64,000 nucleotides of DNA from Azolla caroliniana (GCA_043228905.1 JBHGNT010000005.1:4278001-4342000); one strand, 5' to 3'. Positions 13,346 to 25,100 are shown, counted from the first letter of the stretch. The notes: generated from the letters alone by a model not told the origin. Made by a program: numbers and translations.

Positions 13346-15237
13346 TCTCCCATTCTTTTGCAATTAGAGTACCGATTTTAGGCTACACATTTTTTCTTAA
13401 GTTATTAGATGGCAAAATGGAATGTAAAGGTTGAGCACATGACTGTTTGGTCATTGTAGGACAACTTTGCCAACTACGCTCATGGACCAAGTTATTAATC
13501 TCTCACTTTATTTTTATATGTGCCCTTTTTCATTCACTCTCTTTCTCACTCTTACAACACATGCACAAACATGGAACCTCCCATTATGATACTTCTCACA
13601 TACACAAGTTTGCTTTTCAATCAACACAGAATACCTAAATCTAGATAGGTTTTATTATGCCCAACACACCATAGCTCATATAAAAGCCATGCTCTTACCA
13701 TTGACATCTTATCCTAACTACAATGAGTTATACGACATCATAAACATGCCTTCAGTTTCTCTCTTTTCCTAACCCCTCCCCCCCACCCCCACCCCCCCCC
13801 CCCCCCCCCATGTTCGTTTAACTCTTTCCATGGTCTTCAAGTTGGAGTCCTCTCTTATGATAATGTGTTGCAAGAAGATCCCCGTTTCGTGTGATTTTTA
13901 CATGCATTTGCCTCAATGTGGAGACTCTTGATTACCCCGTGGACAGTCCTAGATCCACTCCACAACTGATCATAAATGCAAGAATTTCCATGTTTCATTA
14001 TCTATACCTTCATTTCATTCACACCCTTGTTGGAAGATTGTTCCGTCTTCCTTAGCCCCTTGGATCTTGTTCCTTTGATACCGCCAATTCAAACATGCAA
14101 TATCACCACACTCTCGGCTTGTTCAATTCCCGAAGTTATCCACTCACCCACATTCTGACATTTGATAGGTACAATTGGTCATTTGTGGTAGTGAACATAT
14201 GAGACAAGGTCATCCTACTTCATGCTAGACAAGAGAGCTTGTGTTGGCCCTATGGTTGGGAGATGCATTGGGAATCCTCCTTTACTTTGATATTCTTAGA
14301 TGTTGTCACATGTTCTACATTAAGTTTGTGGATCTTGGGAGCGATGTAAAACAAAAGCAACACTCTCATAAAAAATGGAACCACAAACTAACAAACCATC
14401 TTTAACAAAATGAAACATGATGAAATTTCAAGCACTCGATAGAGATTCCCCCATCACATTGAGGAAAGAGGACCAGAGACACATTGATACCCATCCATGA
14501 TTGAAGCAAACAATAATTGGTTTGGAATGTGCCCAATCAAACCAAAGCATCTACTCTAAGTAAAAAATAACTGCCTAAAGCAAGAGTTTCTCTATCCAAA
14601 TCAAAGAAATCATTCAAAATTATACCTAGAGGCAAAAGGACAAAACACCTCTACCTAGAAGGGAAAAGAGTGGCTTGTAAACCAATTCAATTGCCTTGAA
14701 TAGTGAGGTAAAATTCAACCAAGGCCAAGAGAAGTAAATCGAGAATTAAAGTAGGAAATAATAACAAGAGATAGGGATGCTAGACAAGGCTAAGAAGTCT
14801 ACGAAAGTTGCAATAAGAAGAAATTAAGCATTAATTATGGGAGTAATTCTATGTGTTTAAAGTAATGGGAACTATTGTTGTATGGTCTATGACTTGTTAA
14901 TTATGTGAGGAAATGAGAGAGAGAGTTCTAAGGTAAGCATCCCCCTCTACGAGATTTTAGTTTAGAGAGAGAAGGGGAGAAAGAGACATAGAGATTTGTT
15001 TAATATTTATGCAAGACTGATTATGAGACATGAAGTCCATTAGGTTGGGAGGGTAAGCATGTGTTCAAACTTCAATTTCATCATATGGGAAGGGATCGAT
15101 TGATTTTAGTGCAAGACATTATGATGCTAGCCAAATAATGATAATGGAAAATATATCTTGTAGTGGCTATGTGTGTTGTGAATGGGTTGGCATTCCTGTC
15201 TTCCATTTAGAGCTAAGGTGTTCAAATGGAGGGTTAT

Positions 15238-15497
15238 GGTTGGGGGATTACTCCTTAGAGATATTCTCAAGAAGAGGAATATTGCTTTTGGGCAGCAATT
15301 TTTTGCACATTGTCATCATAACATAGTACTCATCATTGTATAACTTGTCTACTATCGAGATTTGTTTGGTTGGGGAATTACTCATTAGAGACATTCTCAA
15401 GGAGAGGAATATTGCTTTTGGATTGTAATTTTTTGCACATTGTCATCATAACATAGTACACCATTGTATAACTTGTCTATTGTCAAGATTTATTTGG
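15238..15497. repeat. Two-copy ~130 bp tandem duplication
   Basis: GGTTGGGG.ATTACTC.TTAGAGA.ATTCTCAAG.AGAGGAATATTGCTTTTGG...TTGCACATTGTCATCATAACATAGTAC...TTGTATAACTTGTCTA occurs twice. Confidence 0.85.
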
Positions 15498-17737
15498 ACA
15501 TTCATATATGCAATGCAAGTTTCCATTACCAAGGTTTCAAGAACAACTTTTCTATTCGTCTTTCCAAAGCTCTAATCTATGTCAGTTCCATTGCATTTTG
15601 AGATTGTTTCATTTCTTGGGGTTCTAGGCTTTATAGCATGTTTTGATAATGCTTTCGTATTTGATGCATAACTAGGAGTGCAAAGAGATATTAAATGATT
15701 GAAAGGTGTTTAATTTGTGAGTTTTTGATGTTGGAAATGTTGGGGTTGTTGTCATATGAGGTTCAAGTTTGTGTGCATCATATTAATTAAATCGTAGGTT
15801 AGCCCCTTTGATAAACCATATTGCAACCATAGATGAGGCCATACAAATCCTTATGGTCTCAAGAACACTCGCAATTCATAGGAAGTCCCTTGCTTTCGCT
15901 TGGATTTCTAGGTTGTTCTCAACTTCAATACACTTTCACTCCTAGTCACTCACCATAGAAGCATATTATTTCTTGATTCCTTTCCATCAAGATCACTTGT
16001 TTCTCTACTTTGGGCCTTGTATGACCTCTTTGACCTCCCATATACTTCATCGGCATCCTATTAGAATGATTGGAATTTGGATCTTCGGCCTTTATTTGGT
16101 TTAGAGCCAACAACAAACCCTTTGTGTTATATCTTCAAAACAGTTGGAGTGTAAATAATGCATATGGCACATCTCAAAGGCGCCTTGCACTCATTCTATG
16201 GGTGGTCATAAGTTGCGCATTTGTTGCACCATACATTTATGTATGTTTAACCTATCTTTTCTTTGTTATCGGCTTTAACCATAAGTTTAACCTAGGTCAC
16301 AACAGTTCTATTCCTGTTCTTTTTCCACACACTTCTCTCTTTGGGTTTTTCCTCTTATTCTAAATTGAGGTTTTGGGTCTTTTGTGAGGCTCATTGGGTT
16401 GATCTAATTAATTGATAAAGATCATACCCCTTGATTGTTTCATAAGTGACTTGTATCTTTCACCCTTTTGTTCATGCTAAGAAATTTGAGCCTATACATA
16501 CTTTGTGACGTTTATTCATAACCCTTGTATATTTGTCAAATTGTTAGGAGCTTGCAATATCCATTTAGAAGCATTATCCAATACACACAAGAATTGGCAA
16601 TACCACTATGCCACCTTTGATGTAATGCAGTGAATGAACCAACCATTCTTCAATACATCAAATTTTGTCATCATGTTAGTTGGCTTCCCATTGGGGCACC
16701 TACTTTCAAGTGGTGACAGTCTACAAAACATGCATGATCGGATATCTAGATCCTTTGAACATCACCCCCAAAGATGAAATGTTTCATTGCCTTAGCAACC
16801 ATTTTCATTACCTTTTTCGCTCCAGAGCTAATTGTCCTTACTTCTCTATTATCACTTAATCTAATTGTTACAATGGTGTTGTGGGGGTAAATTAATAGAA
16901 ACCGACATGGGTTCACACCTATTTCATCAAATGCATATTGGAGGAGTAATCAAAGTTAGTGGCCTCACATCTCCTACAACTGGGACCTTACCTCCTCGCA
17001 TACTCACAAACTAGATACTCACTTGAACAGAATGTTCTCCAAGATGGGATATTAGATATCTAAATACAATTGGCCTCTCATGGCCACCACAAAGTGGTCT
17101 ATGTACACGTCTCTCCCCGATTACAAAATGTTCTAAAAGAAACACCCAAGGGTATACATATCTCTTGGAAAATTGTAGATAACCCTAAACCCCAAATCCT
17201 TGTTTTGATTGGTAAAATATTTTTGGTCAAGGAAAATTTGAAGTGATAACTTAAACTTCAGAGGGGGGGGGGGGGGGGGGGGGACTAACGACCTCAAAGT
17301 TTCCAAGCATCTACAAAAGCAAAAGGAGAAACGAATGACGCCATAAAAACTCACATATGGGAAGGGGAAGATCGCAAATAAGCAAGGCTCTTCTTGCCCT
17401 TGAAGGGAAAATTGGCTTCTAAACAAAGAAAAGCTCATGTTTCGGCCTTAGCCTCGGTAGTGCGTTTGCCAATGAGGGTGAACGGGCACATGCCACTGGG
17501 AACACACTGGTGAAAGGGCACACAAGGCACGAGTCAATGCACAGAATGAGGAGAGCAGAAGGAGAGACAATCTACATAAAGACCCCCCCCCCCCCAACCC
17601 AAAAAATACACACACGCGACCACAAGAAGCAACGTGAGAAAGATCGAGCATGGGAAAGGGATCTTAATGCCCCATGTTAGAGGGGGCAAAAACAAAGGTT
17701 TCTTTCCCCCCTTCCTCCTTCCAAAAGCCCTCCCAAG

Positions 17738-17738
<1 letters not shown>

Positions 17739-17769
<31 letters not shown>

Positions 17770-18041
17770 CCACAAGTCTCTCTATCCATCATCTATCATC
17801 TCTCCTTCTCCTTCTCTCTATCTCTCTCTCTCTCTCAAATACTCCTCATCTTTTCTCTTTTGTTTTGTTGACTTCCAACCAATAATTTAATGAAGAAAAG
17901 AAAAGAAAAAAGGAAGAACCTCCCCTCTAGGTTTCATAATAATAACCATTTAAGGGCTACATAGACCATATGTCCATATACATACACACACATAGATATA
18001 TGTTATTTGAGGCTCCTTTTGGCACACACACCCAATCAATC

Positions 18042-18088
<47 letters not shown>
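17739..18088 (+). promoter_or_regulatory. (CT)n/GAGA-type repeats in the DELLA promoter/5' leader
   Basis: CT runs at 17739-17765, 17815-17836 and 18045-18088. GA repeats are known BBR/BPC binding sites and typical of plant TSS regions. Function is inferred. Confidence 0.5.
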
Positions 18089-18090
<2 letters not shown>

Positions 18091-18254
18091 GGCTTCCTCC
18101 TCTTCTCTATCCTCACATCCAAATCCACCCACAAGAAGAACAAGTAGAAGAAGAAGAAGAAGAAAAGAAGAAGGGGAGAACCTTCCTTTTTTATTTAATC
18201 TTCTGCCCCTTCTCAGGAGCCCATAACTTGCCTTCCTCTCTTCATACCACTTTC

Positions 18255-18422
18255 CCTAATCACACCTCATTAAACTCCTAATCACACCTCATCAAACTCC
18301 TAATCACCCCTCATCAAACTCCTAATCATCCCTCATTAAACTCCTAATCACCCCTCATCAAACTCCTAATCACCCCTCATCAAACTCCTAATCACACCTC
18401 ATCAAACTCCTAATCACACCTC
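18255..18422. repeat. 22-bp minisatellite (CCTAATCAC[A/C]CCTCAT[C/T]AAACT), ~7.5 copies
   Basis: Unit starts at 18255, 18277, 18299, 18321, 18343, 18365, 18387 and 18409. Period is exactly 22, with no spacers. Confidence 0.95.
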
Positions 18423-18493
18423 CTTATCCTCCTCTCCACATCTAGTTGATTCCTCCTCCTCCTCCTCTTATCCTAATCACATTCGAGGTTGCC

Positions 18494-21034
18494 ATGGACC
18501 TTCATTATCATCACATCAATCAGAAGAAGAAGAAGAAGCAGAAGCAGAGGCAGAAGAAGCCATTTCCCTCTGATGGAAGTGGCATTCATGGAAAGCTTAG
18601 CAATAATCCATATGGCACTCATAGTATTAACGGCCTGACCTTGCCACAACCCACCTTCTCTGGTGACCAAAACCCCAAACCTAGCCCTAATTCCACATTT
18701 AAGCAGATGCAGATTCAGGAAGGTAACCCTAACACTAACCCTAGCACTAATTCTTACCCAACCCCAAACCCTAACTCAAACCCCATCACTAGCTCTAACT
18801 CTAACTTTAACCCTGACCCCAACCCTAACCCTAAACATAACCCAAAGACAAACCCTAACACCAACCCTTATTCTAACCACCCTAACTTCAACATTCAACC
18901 TAATATAAACCCTAACCCTAACATAAACTCCAACTCCAACCCTAACCGTAACTCTGACATGAACCTTAAACCTAACCCCCTTACATCTAACATGAACCAT
19001 AGAGTGAGCTCTAACCCTAACCCTTATCTCAACTCCAACATCAACATTAGCCCCAACCGTACCCCTAACCCTAACTCCAACATCGACCCTAACCCTATCT
19101 CTATCATCAACCCTAAAGAAAACTCTACCCCTAACCCTATTTGCTACGAAAGGACAGATATAGACATGCTTCTGGCTCAGTCTGGCTACACAGTGAAATC
19201 GTCAGATCTACCATTGTTAGCAGAGAAGATTGAACACCTTGAGTCTCTGTTTGCATCAGAAGATGCTCCTGACTTCTCTACTTATTTCTCCTCTGTTTTG
19301 TATGATCCATCAGATATGGCAGGATGGGTTGAAAGCTTAATTGGCCATGTTGCAACAGGTGAAGAAGGAAGCTTCCATGGAAGCTTCAGTAGTATGGATT
19401 CTTCTTCTTCCACCAAATTAGGGTTTGGTGAAAAACCGAAATTGGCGTTTTATGAGGAGGTTACTAAATTAGGTTATGGTGAAGAACCCACCTCCAAATT
19501 AGGGTTTCATCAAGGAGCAGGAGAAGAAGGAAGCTTCAGCAGTATGGAATCAGCTTCTTCAGCCAAATTAGGGTTTGTTGAAGAACCCGAATTAGGGCTT
19601 CCTCAAGACCCTAAATTAGGCCTTGGTGAGGAGCAGCAGAAATCAGAGTTGTCCGAGGGGGAGACCACCAAATTAGGGTTTCGTGATCTAGAAGAACCCT
19701 CCATGTATGGTAACATCATTCTAGAAGGTTCCATGCATGGTAACATTCTTGAAGCTTCCAGGAAAGATGATGGCGTTAACAGTAACAATGACGATGGCGA
19801 TGACTGTGATGATGATGGTGATGGTGATGGTGATGGTGATGGCGATGGCGATGGCGATGATGGTGTATGGCTTGTTCAGCTTCTTATGACATGTGCAGAT
19901 GCTATACAAAAGAAAGAGCTTACAGCTGCCATGGCCATGGTGAAGGAGATTAAGAGGCTAATCAACTCCTCTAATTCTAGTGGGGCCATGGCCAAAGTTG
20001 CTAATTACTTTGCCCAGGCCCTTGATGAGCACATCAAACACCAGGGAAACCATGGCATCAACAGTAATGACATGAATAATAGCACAGGTGCAATGGATCC
20101 TCATGATGTGCTTTACCACAATTTCTATGAGCTCTGCCCTTACCTCAAATTCTCCCATTTCATGGCAAATCAAGCCATCTTGGAGGCTTTCAAAGGCCAA
20201 TCACTGGTGCATGTCATAGACTTTAACCTAATGCAAGGCTCTCAATGGCCCCCTCTAATGCAAGCCTTAGCCCTTCGGCCCGAGGGCCCGCCCACCCATC
20301 TACGGATCACGGCCATCGCCCCGCCCCGATCCGACGGCCGGGATGCATTCTGTGAGGTCGGATCGAACTTGGCCGAGATGGCAAAGTCCTTCGGCCTCGG
20401 GTTCTCGTTCGGGCAGGTCGTGTCTGCCCGCCTCGAAGATGTGAAACCATGGATGTTCGAGGCTCGGCCCGAAGAAGCCGTGGCTGTGAACACGATCTTC
20501 CAATTACACCGGCTCCTCTATGAAGATGGCTTTGGCTCCGGCTCCTCCAATGCCGGACACCGTGTGTTGTCGCCCATTGATTTAGTCCTAGGCTCCATCA
20601 AGAGCCTAAACCCTAAAGTTGTGACCATCGTCGAGCAAGAGGCTAACCACAATAGCCCCGTCTTCTCGAAGAGGTTCGTGGAGGCATTGCATTATTACTC
20701 CACCATGTTCGACTCGATCGAGGCGAGCTTACCATGCACTCCTGACATGCTGTCCTACGCGGAGCTTTACCTGGGGAGAGAGATAATGAACATAGTTGCA
20801 TGTGAAGGCGCGGCTAGGGTCGAAAGGCACGAGATGCTCTCGCAATGGCGGCATAGGATGGTTAATGCCGGGTTCCGGCCGTTCCATCTAGGTTCGGACG
20901 CATTTAAGAAAGCGAGCCTCCTAGTGAGCTTGCGCACGGGCGACGGCTATACGGTTGAGGAGAACAGGGGTTGTCTGACTTTGGGATGGCATAGCCGACC
21001 ACTCATTGCCGCTTCGGCATGGCAGTGTGGCTAA
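18494..21034 (+). CDS. DELLA: DELLA-subfamily GRAS transcriptional regulator (846 aa, intronless) with long low-complexity N-terminal and linker insertions
   Basis: ATG in GCCATGG context at 18494. DELLA-like domain DMLLAQSGYTVKSSDLPLLAEKIEHLE and VHYNP-like SVLYDPSDMAGWVESL (19163-19340). GRAS motifs LVQLLMTCADAIQ, FYELCPYLKFSHFMANQAILEAF, VHVIDF..QGSQWPPLMQALALRPEGPP, EQEANHN, RFVEALHYYSTMFDS, RVERHE and LGWHSRPLIAASAW. Confidence 0.95.
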   Translation: MDLHYHHINQKKKKKQKQRQKKPFPSDGSGIHGKLSNNPYGTHSINGLTLPQPTFSGDQNPKPSPNSTFKQMQIQEGNPNTNPSTNSYPTPNPNSNPITSSNSNFNPDPNPNPKHNPKTNPNTNPYSNHPNFNIQPNINPNPNINSNSNPNRNSDMNLKPNPLTSNMNHRVSSNPNPYLNSNINISPNRTPNPNSNIDPNPISIINPKENSTPNPICYERTDIDMLLAQSGYTVKSSDLPLLAEKIEHLESLFASEDAPDFSTYFSSVLYDPSDMAGWVESLIGHVATGEEGSFHGSFSSMDSSSSTKLGFGEKPKLAFYEEVTKLGYGEEPTSKLGFHQGAGEEGSFSSMESASSAKLGFVEEPELGLPQDPKLGLGEEQQKSELSEGETTKLGFRDLEEPSMYGNIILEGSMHGNILEASRKDDGVNSNNDDGDDCDDDGDGDGDGDGDGDGDDGVWLVQLLMTCADAIQKKELTAAMAMVKEIKRLINSSNSSGAMAKVANYFAQALDEHIKHQGNHGINSNDMNNSTGAMDPHDVLYHNFYELCPYLKFSHFMANQAILEAFKGQSLVHVIDFNLMQGSQWPPLMQALALRPEGPPTHLRITAIAPPRSDGRDAFCEVGSNLAEMAKSFGLGFSFGQVVSARLEDVKPWMFEARPEEAVAVNTIFQLHRLLYEDGFGSGSSNAGHRVLSPIDLVLGSIKSLNPKVVTIVEQEANHNSPVFSKRFVEALHYYSTMFDSIEASLPCTPDMLSYAELYLGREIMNIVACEGAARVERHEMLSQWRHRMVNAGFRPFHLGSDAFKKASLLVSLRTGDGYTVEENRGCLTLGWHSRPLIAASAWQCG
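18668..19140 (+). repeat. Degenerate (AACCCT)n telomere-like hexamer array encoding Asn-Pro repeats, within the DELLA CDS
   Basis: Many AACCCT/AACTCT/AACCCC units. Exact telo-box AAACCCTAA near 18766, 18850 and 18907. Confidence 0.85.
19785..19864 (+). repeat. (GATGGY)n coding repeat, Asp-Gly tract
   Basis: Encodes DDGDDCDDDGDGDGDGDGDGDGDDG just before GRAS LHRI. Confidence 0.9.
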
Positions 21035-21794
21035 CATGTCCATGGAAATCAAAATGGCACTACATGTCGGGGATCCCGGAACTACTATGTAGATAATGCA
21101 AAGATCAGATGTAAAGATTTTTTTGTTTTGTTAATGTTGTACATGATGTACATGAATGCCATCGATCGTGCCTACTCTCGGCCTCGAAACCTCTCATTTC
21201 GACACTTCAACTCTCTCTTTTTGGTCGAAGCTGAGATTGGGCTCAATTGAAATCACATTCATTTGAGCATCAATCAATCCATCAATGAAGAAGGCAACAT
21301 ATATATCTTATATATAGATATATAGATATAAATCGGCATCTTTCCTTCGATCGCTCCAACTTTGTTCGACCTCGAGCTCAACAAGACAGGATCGCGATTA
21401 TGACAGCCATAATCAAACATCTTTTGTTCAATCCACCAAAATGAAGGACACAACTTATGCACATATATCAACATCTTATGGTATGTGAATCCAATATGGC
21501 TATTCTGTATTTATGTATGTAGAATGTATGGATGTGTGCACACACATGTATACATGATGATGATGATGATGGAAGAACAGCTAGCTACATACATGATGTT
21601 AAACTATGTATACGCATATATTATTTATATAACATAATACATATGAATGGAATGAATGAATGGGTCTTTGGATGTGATTAAAGTCTTGTTTTTAAGGCAT
21701 TAATCACAACAAGGTTTCATTGATGATTATGAAGGCAAACCCACTATTCTAATATGAACTAAGCCCTAAAGTTTTTGATCACTCTTGATTTAGT

Positions 21795-22100
21795 GTGAGT
21801 TTACATGTACATACATATACATGCCTATATGTATGTATGTTGGGTTGAACTTCACACGGACATACTCATGCCACATATGTATGTATCTTTACCTATTTAT
21901 ATGGGATGAACTTCACTTTGACATACTCATGGCACATGTGTGTATGCATGCTTAGGATGGATTTAACATGGACATACGCATATACATGTCATGTATGTAT
22001 GGGATGAGTTTATGTCCAAGCACATGCCATATCTGTATGTATAGAATGAATTTCAAATATGTGCATACACATGCCATATGTATATGTATGTATGCATGAT
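21795..22100. repeat. Degenerate ~45-65 bp tandem repeat (TGAACTTCACA.GGACATACTCATG.CACAT.TGTATGTAT)
   Basis: About 5-6 diverged copies downstream of DELLA. Confidence 0.55.
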
Positions 22101-25100
22101 TCAATGTCACCACTTGTAGGTGTATAAACTCTCTAAGAAACTTTCTTCAATATTGTAATTATAGTCTCTAATGACCTTTTATTGCCTTAGGAGCTTGGAT
22201 TTGAGTTTTCAGTTTATCTTTGGTTGTGAAACAAATGTTTTTGATATTGTTCTAATAACGTTTCATCAGCACATGTTTATGCATTACAAGATCAAGGGCA
22301 ACAGCTCTCAAACTTTGTGAGACATTTTATGATTGTTGTGAAATGCTAGGTGCAGTCCGAAAGGTGGAAGAAACGTGCATTTCTTGTAGCTCTCACCATG
22401 GAATGTGTGGCAATTGATTTAGTTGTTCTGTGTCCAATTATGGTGAAACTCTTGGATGTCTAGTGTGGAGTTCTTGACTTCTTTGGTTGCTCAAATAGTA
22501 ATGGTGCACACATACTTTGGGTTATACTTAGGCTAAACTTAGCAAATCGAGAACAATTAAACCTCATACCCAAGGTTGTAGAGCAAGATTCTTTATAACT
22601 ACCCTAGGCTACTCCCAAACTCATGGTTTTTGTGTTTGTCATGTTATATGATCATGTGGAGCAATTCCACTATTTTATCGCAGCTCAAAGCTCAAAGATG
22701 TTACTCTTTTCTACTTTCATTGCACAATAACTGGTCCAAATAGTGTTAAAAGAGGGAATCATCCTCAAAAAAAGGGTTTTGCTAGACGTTCATTATATAT
22801 AGGATGACCAATGTCATTCTTTTTAGTCTTTCACAATGCTTCTTTGTGATTTGTTATAGGTCATCATGGCTAGAGCCATTGTAATGTTTTCAGTTTAATG
22901 ATTTCGTCATGTATGCACAAGTTCTACTAATGAAGCATAATTTTCTTTGGAATAAAAACAAAAACAAAATTAAGGACTAGGTTATCACGATTGATTGAAC
23001 ATAATGATGGGCAAATTGAATAAACAAACATAATGTTGATAAGTTATATTCAATCAAATGTAGAGTGCCACGCGGTTGTGCACTTTGTTAGATCATCTTC
23101 TCAAACAGTTGTGCACTTGTTGCATCTATGGATTTAAATAAGCAAATTGCTTTTATTTAAAAGGGCCTTTGTTAATATCTTGCATATGTTGCCTTGATGG
23201 CTTTAGCTTAACAAATTGCTTTCATCCAAAAGGTATTCTATGATATGTGAAATCTCGCACATGTGTAGGTTAAGCTTCTTCAATAATTTCGTGTTCTGTT
23301 TTGATATTGCATTAGCATGCATTCACACATAGCATATAATCACTTGTCATCATATTTTTAATAGCATCTTTGAGTGTATCATGTTAGATTAGTGAACTAT
23401 GTAGTTTAGTAACACAATTATCATAAAGTCTCCAAACATGAAGTTTTGTTGAATCAAATGAAATATCTTTCGATTATATGGCATATAACATATTTCTCTA
23501 ATTCATGAGTTTAATTGTGTGTTTTATAGATTTTATTAAATTAAGCAAAATGTCTTCTCATTATATGACATGTAACACTTTTTCTAACACTTTTTCTTCG
23601 TGAATTTGGGAATTCTTTAGTACCTAATACTTGTTTCTAGACTTAGGAAATAGGGCATTTTGGTCAATTGAATATATAGTGATATTTTAAGAAGACAATT
23701 CAAGGTTGCCAATCGTCCCATGAAATCACAACCTCTGCCTTCCACGCTACAAGCTTGTTCATAGTCACTTACCATGTGCGCTTCTTTATTTCATCGAGCT
23801 ATTGCTTTCTCATTATTTTAATGATTGTTCTTGTTCTTAAGCTCCATTTCTCTTGGTTCTTTGTTCTACTTTTGCTAATAATCTTTAATGTCCATACATT
23901 ATTAGTATAAATGTGTTCAAATACAAGGATAACGTACAAATGTGTTCAACATACGAGGATAACGTGAAAACAACCTACAGACATGCTCCACGGAATTAGT
24001 TTAAGACATGACCGTCAATTCTTGATTACGTGGTTTATCAACTTGATTACCATATTTATACTCAAAGTGGAAACAGGAAAATATTATTCATTATCTCATT
24101 TAGCATTATCGTTCTTATTGTTACATTCAAGCAAATGTCTAATGTTCAAGATACTTCACCAATTATAATTTATAATTATTATCTTCACTTGTCACACTAT
24201 TAATCTCCTTTGTTTTGAGATCCGTATGTCCACTTTTGAAATTCTTTAAGAGTTGGATTTGTATCAATCATCAAGAAAATTATCCTTCTTTAGAGAAATG
24301 GGTTCCTTTCCTTTAAAACAGGTGTAAGTTGGCACCAAAGATATTGTCTAACATGGGACACGTACGTACTTTTCAAAGCACATTGACATTTTAAGACTGA
24401 GGACATTGGATAATACATATGTGTATTTTAATGGTACCTTATAATTTAGTATATAGGCCCTTTTTGGTAATTCAAAGCAAATCCAAATTTTAACACCAAG
24501 GACATTAGATAATGGGCATGTGTAGTGAAATGGTAGATTATAATTTAGTTTCTTATGAGTTAAGACTTTGATGGCTAGATGGCTCTTACCCTTTTGGGCA
24601 ATTGTAACACGAAGCATATCGAAATGTTTAACACCAAGGATGTTTTGTAGTGCACGTATGCTTTAATGTAGCTTATGGTTTAGTTTCTTATGACAACTAG
24701 ATGACTCTTGAAAGATTTTGAAGGCAAATTACTTTGGCTCTAGAGCTTGGGAATACTTCTAGGTACACATGAATGTGTCTCTAGAGGAGGTTGATCTCTT
24801 GCAATGTTGTCCCCCTTGAGTTCATAACACGTCTAGCTCATACCACTTCATTGTCGAGCTATTGTTCCTGAAATGAATATATGTGATACATTGAGTTCAA
24901 CAATATGTAGTTGGAACTCAATACAAAAGTGGATAGTCATCTTAACATAATATTCATTTGTAGTTCTAGCACTTCCTCCCTTTTTGGCTCCAACACACTA
25001 GCTCAACAAGTTAGCACACAATAGTTTTTATCAGATTTGTTATCCCCAACTTTAAACTTACGATATTAACTTTTAAGGGTAATTTTAACTATTAGATATT

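Noticed and set aside
10700-17100. Possible LINE/LTR relics in the intergenic region
   Set aside because: Probably old TE debris, but no RT, integrase or gag motif, LTR pair or TSD could be supported by eye.
18255-18422. Possible CRISPR array
   Set aside because: The 22-bp units are contiguous with no unique spacers, there are no cas genes, and the context is eukaryotic.
18446-18493. TTG start given by the ORF track for DELLA
   Set aside because: This is a eukaryotic gene, and the ATG at 18494 has a strong GCCATGG context.
18668-19140. True interstitial telomere or chromosome-fusion scar
   Set aside because: The units are degenerate in-frame hexamers within an open ORF, not TTTAGGG heptamer arrays. 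Kept only as a telo-box hypothesis.
18473-20503. Antisense and alternate-frame ORFs within DELLA
   Set aside because: They are shadows of low-complexity or GC-rich coding sequence with no recognisable motifs.
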